Shown here in pieces: positions 7,854-14,455 of a DNA stretch of 32,000 nt; within the stretch, counting starts at the first letter, position 1; each line of letters begins with the position of its first letter. Source of the DNA: Cereibacter sphaeroides 2.4.1 (GTDB lineage Bacteria > Pseudomonadota > Alphaproteobacteria > Rhodobacterales > Rhodobacteraceae). The notes under the pieces were generated by a model. The model was not told the DNA's origin. It saw only the letters and a program-made list of their open reading frames with translations, and did not search any database. The stretch is from contig NC_007493.2 in the NCBI RefSeq assembly GCF_000012905.2, forward strand, positions 3,060,001 through 3,092,000, read 5' to 3'. The position numbers and the translations under genes are program-made.

Positions 7854-9788
7854 ATGTTGTGCGGGACAGCATCCGCGGTCGGCGCCGCAAGGGTGCAGCC
7901 GTTCATCATCGTAAATGCTTTACCCGGCGTCGCGGCTCGGTCACTGTGGCGTGAGCGGGCGGTTGCCGGGGCAGCGTCCGAGGAACCAGCGGCTGGCCGA
8001 ATGACGGGAGCGTCTCCTGACCTGCGGATGTATCTGTTCGGGCCCTTCACCCTGCTGGGACCCGACGGAGAGGAACTGACTCCGAAATCCCGCAAATCGC
8101 GCGCCATCCTCGCCATGCTGGCGGTGGCGCCTCGGGGCTCGCGCTCGCGCGTCTGGCTGCGCGACAAGCTCTGGAGCGACCGGGGCGAGGATCAGGCCTC
8201 GGCGAGCCTCCGGCAGGCGCTTCTGGATATCCGCAAGTCGCTGGGGCCCCGCGCCGCGCATGTGCTGACGGCGGACAAGAACACGGTCTCGCTGGATCTG
8301 GCGGCGGTGGCGGTGGATGCGCTGGAACTCGCCGCTCGCGAGCGGCGGGGCGAGGACGGCAGCACGGAGCATTTCCTCGAAGGGATCGACGTGCGGGATC
8401 CCGAATTCGAGGACTGGCTGGCGCTGGAGCGCCAGAGTTGGTTCGCGCGCCTCGAAGAGGCCGGCTTCGAGGCCGATCTCGCGCCGCGCCCGGCGCCCTC
8501 GGAGGCGCGGCGCGAGGCGTCGCAGGCGGTGCCGCGCACCTCGCCGCCGGCTGCGCCGCAGCCGCCGCAATCGCTGCTGCGGCAGGAGGACGAGGGCGGC
8601 TGGCGCGTGGCTATGATGCCGCCCGTCATCCTCGGCGGCGATCCGGCGGCGGCGGTGCTGCAGGCCGATGTGCAGCGCGCGCTGCGCCGCGCGCTCGTCG
8701 AGACGGGCGATCTGCGGCTGGTCGACATGGCGCCCGTGGCGCTGGGTGATCTGGGGGCCGGCCTTGCGGGGGGCGGGCTGCTCGCGCGTCTGCCCGAACA
8801 GGTGCATCTGAGCGTGCAGGTCCGGGTTCTGGCGGATCACAGCTACCTCCGCGTCGGGATCGTGCTGCAGAACCCGGCCGACAATGCGCTGGTCTGGTCC
8901 GACGAGGTGATCGTGCCGCGGCGCGAGTCGATCGGCGAGGCGAGCTTTGCCATGCCGCTGATCGTGCGCGCGACCGAAGAGGCGACGCTGCATTTCCTGC
9001 GCCGCCACGGCACCGAGGGGGCCGAGGCCGAGGGGCGGATCGCGGCCGCCGTGGCCTCGATGTTCCGGCTGGCGCGGGGCGATCTCGACCGGTCCGAGGA
9101 GATCCTGCGCCGGCATCTCGACCGGACCCCGACCGCGCAGGGCTATGCCTGGCTGGCCTTCCTCAACACCTTCCGTGTGGGCCAGCGCTTCAATCCCGCC
9201 GACGCGCCGCTGATCGAGGAGACGCAGCATCTCGCACGCCGCGCGCTGGGGCTCGAGCCCAACAATGCGCTGGTCTCGGCGCTGGTGGGCCACATCCACT
9301 CCTACCTCTTCGGCGAGTTCGACTATGCCGCGGCGCTCTTCGAGCAGTCCCTGCGGGTCAATCCGGCGCAGACGCTGGCCTGGGATCTCTATGCCATGCT
9401 CCATGCCTATGCCGGCCAGCCGAAGCGGGCGCTCGCCATGGCGCGCTGGGCGCGTCATCTGGGCGCCTTCAGCCCGCATCGCTACTATTTCGAGACCACC
9501 CGCGCGATCACCGGAAACTTCTCGGGCGATCATCAGACGGCGATCGACGCCGGACAGTCGGCGCTGGCCGAGCGGCCGGACTTCAACTCGCTGCTGCGGG
9601 TGCTGGTCTCGTCGAACGCCCATCTCGACCGGCCCGAGGAAGCGCGGCTGTTCCTCGAGCGGCTGTTGCAGGTCGAGCCGAACTTCTCGGTCGCCTCGCT
9701 GCGGGACGCGGGCTATCCGGGCCTCGATACCGAGGGCGGGCGGCATTTTCTGGATGGTCTCGTGAAGGCGGGCGTGCGCAAGCACTGA
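7854..9788 (+). CDS. Winged-helix (OmpR/SARP-BTAD-like) DNA-binding regulator with central domain and C-terminal TPR repeats
   Basis: MYLFGPFTLLGPDGEELTPKSRKSRAILAMLA...WLRDKLWSDRGEDQASASLRQALLDIRKSL (wHTH), then FLEGIDVRDPEFEDWLALERQSWF (BTAD-like), then a TPR-like C-terminus. The start is ambiguous. ATG 7854 has a strong AAGGAGG Shine-Dalgarno sequence 6 nt upstream, but codons 1-49 are unusually rich in third-position A/T. ATG 8001 is the alternative. Confidence 0.75.
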   Translation: MLCGTASAVGAARVQPFIIVNALPGVAARSLWRERAVAGAASEEPAAGRMTGASPDLRMYLFGPFTLLGPDGEELTPKSRKSRAILAMLAVAPRGSRSRVWLRDKLWSDRGEDQASASLRQALLDIRKSLGPRAAHVLTADKNTVSLDLAAVAVDALELAARERRGEDGSTEHFLEGIDVRDPEFEDWLALERQSWFARLEEAGFEADLAPRPAPSEARREASQAVPRTSPPAAPQPPQSLLRQEDEGGWRVAMMPPVILGGDPAAAVLQADVQRALRRALVETGDLRLVDMAPVALGDLGAGLAGGGLLARLPEQVHLSVQVRVLADHSYLRVGIVLQNPADNALVWSDEVIVPRRESIGEASFAMPLIVRATEEATLHFLRRHGTEGAEAEGRIAAAVASMFRLARGDLDRSEEILRRHLDRTPTAQGYAWLAFLNTFRVGQRFNPADAPLIEETQHLARRALGLEPNNALVSALVGHIHSYLFGEFDYAAALFEQSLRVNPAQTLAWDLYAMLHAYAGQPKRALAMARWARHLGAFSPHRYYFETTRAITGNFSGDHQTAIDAGQSALAERPDFNSLLRVLVSSNAHLDRPEEARLFLERLLQVEPNFSVASLRDAGYPGLDTEGGRHFLDGLVKAGVRKH

Positions 9789-9809
9789 CCCGGCCGATGT
9801 TCCTGGAGG

Positions 9810-10754
9810 ATGAGGATGTGTGAACCCCAACCGGTGGGCGTGGCGGCGTTTCTGAACCGCTATCCGTTCGAGGTGAATGCCGAGCGCGTGCTGCCCGCAG
9901 GCGGCGGCGCGGGCCAGTCGGTCGCGAGCGACGGCTCGGCCGAGGGCAACACGGCGGCCGGGGTCGCGGCCCTGTCGGCCCTCAACAAGTCGGTGCAGAA
10001 CAAGTCGTCTCTCAACAAGAACAAGAACAAGAACAAGAATAAAAACAAGAACAAGAACAAGGTGGCAGGTGCCGGCGGCGGCGCGGCGGCCCTGTCCAGC
10101 CTGATGCCGGCGCTGGAGTTGCGGCGCCTGCATCAGTTGCCGCAGGCCGATCCGTTCACCGTCGCCTCCCGCTTCGTCTGGGAGTGCCTCGACATCTGCC
10201 TGCCACCGGGGCCTGATTTCACCCGTCTCGAGACCGCGGTGATGCTGGCCATGCAGGCCCGCGATGCCGAGCGGATGCGGCGGCTTCCCGACATCCAGGC
10301 CCAGGCTGCCTTCTCGGTCGACGAGTTCCTGCGCCCGCTCGGGATCGAGGGGCTCGCCGGGTACGAGGCGACCGAGGGGCTGTTCCTGAACATCCTGCAG
10401 GCCACGGAATATGTGGGGCTGCTCTACAAGGCACGGATCGACCGCGACCGGCCGAACGTCGTCGAGCCGCGGCTGCGTCCGCTGCTCGCGGTGCCCGCCC
10501 ACCAGAGCTATCCCTCGAACCATTCGTTCCAGGGCCATTCCATCGTCTTCGCCTTCAACGCGATCCTGCCCGAGCATCCCGCGACCGAGGAGTTGCAGCG
10601 CATCGCGCAGAACGTGGCGGAGAACCGGGAATGGGCGGGGCTGCATTTCCCTTCGGACACGCTGGCCGGAAAGGAGCTCGCGCGGCGGTTTGCGCCCTAC
10701 CTGCGCGATGCGTTCGGCGCGGCCTTCCTTGCGGCGCAGGCGGAGTGGCACTGA
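9810..10754 (+). CDS. Soluble PAP2 / vanadium-haloperoxidase-fold protein with a disordered N-terminal Ala/Gly and (Asn-Lys)8 tract
   Basis: All three PAP2 signature motifs are visible: KARIDRDRP (K-x6-RP), YPSNHS (variant of PSGH) and NREWAGLHFPSD (R-x5-H-x3-D). I see no signal peptide or TM helix. It lies 21 nt after the regulator gene. GGAGGA at 9805-9810 favours the second ATG (9816) as the real start. Confidence 0.7.
   Translation: MRMCEPQPVGVAAFLNRYPFEVNAERVLPAGGGAGQSVASDGSAEGNTAAGVAALSALNKSVQNKSSLNKNKNKNKNKNKNKNKVAGAGGGAAALSSLMPALELRRLHQLPQADPFTVASRFVWECLDICLPPGPDFTRLETAVMLAMQARDAERMRRLPDIQAQAAFSVDEFLRPLGIEGLAGYEATEGLFLNILQATEYVGLLYKARIDRDRPNVVEPRLRPLLAVPAHQSYPSNHSFQGHSIVFAFNAILPEHPATEELQRIAQNVAENREWAGLHFPSDTLAGKELARRFAPYLRDAFGAAFLAAQAEWH
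10014..10061 (+). repeat. Hexanucleotide microsatellite (AACAAG)4-AATAAA-(AACAAG)3 encoding (Asn-Lys)8
   Basis: Read directly from the sequence. It is a 48-bp AT-rich tract inside the PAP2-like CDS, preceded by degenerate copies (CTCAACAAGTCG, CAGAACAAGTCG). Confidence 0.95.
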
Positions 10755-10755
10755 C

Positions 10756-12426
10756 ATGGACACGCAGACGATGACTCACGCGGCTCCGGCGCGGGCGGTG
10801 GCCCCCCGCTACTACTGGCTCTGGCATCTGGCGGCGCTGAAGGTGCTGGATGCGGATTTCGGCGCGGCGCCGGAGCCGGTGCCGCCCCTGTCGCAGAGCG
10901 CCCTGCGCGAGGTGCCCGTGCCGCAGATCAGAAGCACGGTCTGGGACCGCATCCCCGGCGGCACCGCCACCGTGGCGCTCATCGATACGGGCGTGAGCCG
11001 CACCCACCCGAACCTCGCGAGCCGGGTGGATGCAGAGCGGTCGATCGATCTGACCACGCACCGCTACGGGGCGCAATCCGTGCCGGTGGCCGATGCGACC
11101 CCCTGGACCCGCGAGGGACGGCGCGCCTTCTTCGCCAACCTCGACCTCGAGGGGCTTCAGCCGCTTCAGCTCTCCTCGCACGAGCAGGACTTTCTCGAGG
11201 CGATGGTCGAGGATTTGCGCCAGTCGCAGGGCGTGACGCGGCCGCTGAGCGATGGAGACGAGAGCTTTTCTGCCCACGGCACCGCCTGCGCGGGTTTGAT
11301 CGTGGGCGAGCCTGCGGCCGTGGCGCCGGGCACCGGCGCGCTTCTGCCTCCCGCCGAGGCCTTCCCGGACGGCGAGCCCAATCCGAACGGCAATCTCCTG
11401 CCCTATTTCGGGGTCGATCCCTTCTCGCGCCTGCTCTCGATCCGCACCTCGTTCGAGAGCGATCCCTATCAGTTCATCACGGCTTTCCTCTATGCCTGGC
11501 AGCACAAGGTGGATGCAATCGTGCTGCCGCGCGGCCTGCCCGATCCGGTGCGCGCGCCGCTCCAGCCGAAGGAGGATCTGAAGGCCGATCTCGAAACCTG
11601 GAAGAGCCGCGATGCGGCGGATCTCTTCCAGCGGCTGCAGATGCTCGGCAACGGGTCGGGGGATCCGGATGCGGCGCAGGCGGGATTCCAGCCCGACCGG
11701 CCCTGGAAGATCCTCTCGCACCTGATCCAGGCGATCTCGCGCCACATCCCCATCGTCTGCGCCGCCGGAAACGACGGCGAGAGCCAGCTCATCTACCCGG
11801 CCAGCCTCGCCGACGACTCGAACGGCATCGTCTCGGTCGGGGCGGTCACGGCAGAAGGGCTGCGCGCCGGCTATTCGAACTACGGCGAGGGTCTGACGCT
11901 GGTGGCGCCCTCGGACGATTACCCGGTCTACAACCGTCACCAGATGCGGCTGAACAGGTTCGATCCGCTGATCGGGCTGCACGATTATGCGGTGGGCGCG
12001 GGGCGCGAGCATGTCTACTGCCCGCTCGAACTGGTCACGACCGATCTGCCCGGCGTCTTCGGCTATGACAGCGGGGCGCAGCCCTGGGCTCAGGTCATGC
12101 CCGCGCAGGGCAACCCCGGTCTCGGCGGCGGCTACTACACCGGCTTCGGCGGCACGTCGGGTGCCTCGGCGCTGGTGGGCGGGCTTCTGGCGCTGGCCCA
12201 GCGGGCGCGCCGGGCCGCCGGTAAGGCGCCGCTCGGCGGGCACGCGCTGAAGCGTCTGCTCCGGCGGGCCTCCTCCACCGCCGCGGTCGTCGCGCCGGGC
12301 TACCGGCCGCTGACGCCCGATACGATGAACGCGGACGACGAGACCCTCCTCGGGCCGGCGGCCTTCTTCGGAGCAGGTCTGCCCGACGCACGGCTGCTGG
12401 TCGAGGAGGCCGTGGCCCATCCGTGA
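10756..12426 (+). CDS. S8 (subtilisin-like) serine peptidase, 556 aa, no signal peptide
   Basis: Complete triad plus oxyanion Asn: VALIDTGV (Asp), SAHGTACAGLIVG (His), VCAAGNDG (Asn), GFGGTSGASALVGG (Ser). The inner ATG at 10756 is one nt after the PAP2-like stop. The N-terminus MDTQTMTHAAPARAVAPRYYW is not signal-like. Confidence 0.85.
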   Translation: MDTQTMTHAAPARAVAPRYYWLWHLAALKVLDADFGAAPEPVPPLSQSALREVPVPQIRSTVWDRIPGGTATVALIDTGVSRTHPNLASRVDAERSIDLTTHRYGAQSVPVADATPWTREGRRAFFANLDLEGLQPLQLSSHEQDFLEAMVEDLRQSQGVTRPLSDGDESFSAHGTACAGLIVGEPAAVAPGTGALLPPAEAFPDGEPNPNGNLLPYFGVDPFSRLLSIRTSFESDPYQFITAFLYAWQHKVDAIVLPRGLPDPVRAPLQPKEDLKADLETWKSRDAADLFQRLQMLGNGSGDPDAAQAGFQPDRPWKILSHLIQAISRHIPIVCAAGNDGESQLIYPASLADDSNGIVSVGAVTAEGLRAGYSNYGEGLTLVAPSDDYPVYNRHQMRLNRFDPLIGLHDYAVGAGREHVYCPLELVTTDLPGVFGYDSGAQPWAQVMPAQGNPGLGGGYYTGFGGTSGASALVGGLLALAQRARRAAGKAPLGGHALKRLLRRASSTAAVVAPGYRPLTPDTMNADDETLLGPAAFFGAGLPDARLLVEEAVAHP

Positions 12427-12475
12427 GAAGGATTGCTGCCGGAGCCCGAGGTCGCATCCGCGGCGCATCTTGAGA

Positions 12476-12494
12476 TTTGACGGATGTTTGACGG
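12476..12494 (+). promoter_or_regulatory. Second copy of the tandem direct repeat, TTTGACGG-N3-TTTGACGG (11-bp period), upstream of the L12-CTD-like repeat gene
   Basis: Read directly as aTTTGACGGatgTTTGACGGgtc, 63-81 nt upstream of ATG 12557. It has the same orientation, period and core as 7780-7798. Confidence 0.5.
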
Positions 12495-12556
12495 GTCCGT
12501 TACGGTGGAGTCACACCGTTGGAGGCAAGCTGACCGGAGAAAACAGGGAGCAAGCC

Positions 12557-13450
12557 ATGTCTGCCACAGTGGCATCGTCACATGAGGTGCGTGTAACCCT
12601 CGTCTCCGCACCAGCGCGCCCCGGCCTCGCCGCGGGCGTGATATCGGATCACCTCGGCCTCGACCGGCCGCAGGTCACCCGGCTCCTGACCCGCGAGGGC
12701 GGGGTGCTGGCCGAGGCGGTGGCGCGGCCGGTGGCCGAGCGTCTGGTGCCGCTCCTTCTGGCGCTGGGCGTGACGGTCAGGCTCGATCCCTCGGGCAGCG
12801 CCGAGGCGGCCCTGCCGGTTGACGTGGCGGTTCAGCCGGTGCGGATGCCCTCCGAGGGAACGGTGGCGCGGCTCGCGGCACAACTCTTCTACGACGGGGA
12901 TGCTCTGCGCACGGCGCTCGCCCGGCCGCAGGGCCTTGTGCTCCGGATGGGGCGCCGCGAGGCCGAGACGCTGAGGCGGAGCTTCCGGCGCGACGGCAGT
13001 GTGCGGATCGCGCTGTCGAACGTGGCTGGCGCGCGGTTCGACCTGTTTCTCAAGCCCGGATGCAGGATGAGCGCGGGGCTCGAGACGCTCCTGCGCAGGC
13101 TCGGGCTCAGGCCGTGTCTGTTCAGCGGTGCGGTGGGCGCGGGCCTGAGCGCCCGAACCGCGGCTCTGGTGGTGCGCCAGCACGGCGGTCTGGTCGATGC
13201 CGTCAATCGGGATTTCCAGCGCTTCGACCTGTTTCTGGCAGGCGGACGCGAACTCTCGCGCCCGGACCTCGCCGATTTCCTCGCCACCCGGGCCCGGGTC
13301 GAGCGGACGCGCCTGCTCTCGCCCGCCGAGGCCCGCAGCATCCGGCTCGAGGCGGGGCTGAGCCGCGCGGCGGCGCGCCGCTTCCATGAGGATTACGCCG
13401 CCATCGGCCTCGACACCCGGATCGAACTGGTCGCGCTCGCGGAGGGCTGA
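12557..13450 (+). CDS. Hypothetical protein, 297 aa, made of four tandem ~65-75 aa repeats resembling the ribosomal L7/L12 C-terminal domain (ClpS-like fold)
   Basis: Inner ATG at 12557 with an AGGGAG Shine-Dalgarno sequence 6 nt upstream. The repeats begin VRVTLVS, VDVAVQP, RFDLFLKPG and RFDLFLAGG (compare E. coli L12 EFDVILKAAG). They end in G(L/V)S-x3-A-x9-G-x4-(L/V)-like helix-strand units (compare L12 [23 protein letters not shown]). High GC3 is consistent with coding. Confidence 0.6.
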   Translation: MSATVASSHEVRVTLVSAPARPGLAAGVISDHLGLDRPQVTRLLTREGGVLAEAVARPVAERLVPLLLALGVTVRLDPSGSAEAALPVDVAVQPVRMPSEGTVARLAAQLFYDGDALRTALARPQGLVLRMGRREAETLRRSFRRDGSVRIALSNVAGARFDLFLKPGCRMSAGLETLLRRLGLRPCLFSGAVGAGLSARTAALVVRQHGGLVDAVNRDFQRFDLFLAGGRELSRPDLADFLATRARVERTRLLSPAEARSIRLEAGLSRAAARRFHEDYAAIGLDTRIELVALAEG

Positions 13451-13460
13451 AGTCCGGGAA

Positions 13461-13475
13461 TTAAGGCTCCCTTCA
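13461..13475. promoter_or_regulatory. CtrA-box-like motif TTAA-N7-TTCA upstream of motB
   Basis: TTAAggctcccTTCA, 50-64 nt upstream of ATG 13525. It is one of only four TTAA tetranucleotides I could find in the window. Confidence 0.4.
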
Positions 13476-13524
13476 CCCGCCGCCCTTAGGGTGGCTCCCG
13501 GGTGTGTATGAACGGGGTGCCGGG

Positions 13525-14361
13525 ATGGCAGGGCAGTCAAATGCCGCGCCAGTCGTCATCAAGCGGAAGAAGGTCGTGCAGGGGGGCGGGCATCATGGCG
13601 GTGCCTGGAAGGTCGCCTATGCCGATTTCGTGACGGCCATGATGGCCTTCTTCATGCTGATGTGGCTGCTGAACGCGACGACGGAGAAACAGCGCAAGGG
13701 GCTCGCGGACTATTTCAATCCGACGATTCCGATGAACCGCGTGTCGGGCGGGGGCGAAGGGGCCTTCGGCGGCAACTCGGTCTTCCACGACCAGACCATG
13801 ACCCAGACCGGCACCGGGGCGGCCAACGACCGCGCGACGGCCGAGCTGAAGGCAAGCGGCGAGATGGGTCAGGAGGGGGCGGACGCCGCCGAGCAGAAGC
13901 AGCTCGAGGAGGTCGAGAAAATGCTCAAGGCCCGTTCGGGCGAGAGCATGACCATGCAGCGGCTCCTCCGCCATGTTGTGACCCGGATCACCGACGAGGG
14001 GCTGGTCATCGAGATCTTCGATCTGCCGGACGTGCCCCTCTTCTTCGGCGACACCGACCAGCCCGAGGCCGTGCTGCCGCAGATCGCCCGCCTCCTGGCC
14101 GAGATCCTGCCGATCACCACCAACAGGATCGCCGTGAACGGCCATATGCGCAGCTACCCGATCACGTTGATCCGCAATCCGGTCTGGGACATCTCGGCCG
14201 CCCGGGCGCAACGGATGCGCGGCCTGCTCGAATCGGAGGGCCTGCCGGGCGAGCGGATGCAGCGCGTCTCGGGCTTCGCCGACCGCAAGATCGTCACGCC
14301 GGATCCGATGGCGGTGCGAAACAACAGACTCGAGGTAATTCTCCTGCGCCGCGACCGCTGA
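13525..14361 (+). CDS. motB: Flagellar stator protein MotB
   Basis: GGAWKVAYADFVTAMMAFFMLMWLL (TM helix with the conserved Asp) and an OmpA-like C-terminus (ISAARAQRMRGLLESEGLP...NNRLEVILL). The start could also be GTG 13504. Confidence 0.85.
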   Translation: MAGQSNAAPVVIKRKKVVQGGGHHGGAWKVAYADFVTAMMAFFMLMWLLNATTEKQRKGLADYFNPTIPMNRVSGGGEGAFGGNSVFHDQTMTQTGTGAANDRATAELKASGEMGQEGADAAEQKQLEEVEKMLKARSGESMTMQRLLRHVVTRITDEGLVIEIFDLPDVPLFFGDTDQPEAVLPQIARLLAEILPITTNRIAVNGHMRSYPITLIRNPVWDISAARAQRMRGLLESEGLPGERMQRVSGFADRKIVTPDPMAVRNNRLEVILLRRDR

Positions 14362-14383
14362 ACGCTCAGGCGACACGGCGGCG

Positions 14384-14398
14384 TTAGGCGGGTGTTAA
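14384..14398. promoter_or_regulatory. CtrA-box-like motif TTAG-N7-TTAA upstream of flgE
   Basis: TTAGgcgggtgTTAA, 58-72 nt upstream of ATG 14456. It sits in the loop of a GC-rich inverted repeat (14376-14382 / 14399-14405). Confidence 0.4.
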
Positions 14399-14455
14399 GC
14401 CGCCGCGCGCATTTTCGGGCGATCAAGGGCTCGAAGCAGCAGAAAGGCGCTTTCC

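Noticed and set aside
9860-10060. 66-aa minus-strand ORF beginning MFLFLFLFLFLF
   Set aside because: It is simply the reverse-complement reading of the (AACAAG)n repeat within the PAP2-like CDS, and no independent support exists.
7941-10763. 940-aa ORF on the minus strand spanning the regulator and PAP2-like genes
   Set aside because: It is antisense to two genes that have recognisable domains. The product is Arg/Pro/Gly-rich low-complexity sequence typical of antisense frames in high-GC DNA, with no recognisable motif or plausible Shine-Dalgarno sequence.
10555-12468. 637-aa minus-strand ORF
   Set aside because: It is antisense to the S8 peptidase gene, which carries the full catalytic triad. 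It has no motifs of its own.
7800-13450. Accessory cassette as a horizontally acquired genomic or defence island
   Set aside because: There is no flanking tRNA, integrase, transposase or direct repeats, and codon usage looks native. The island or mobile-element interpretation is dropped, and the functional novelty claim is kept separately.
13465-13499. GGCTCCC direct repeat and CACCC/GGGTG 5-bp inverted repeat after the L12-like gene, considered as a terminator
   Set aside because: The stem is only 5 bp with a 10-nt loop and no T-run. It is too weak to call a terminator, and the repeat may be coincidental in GC-rich DNA.
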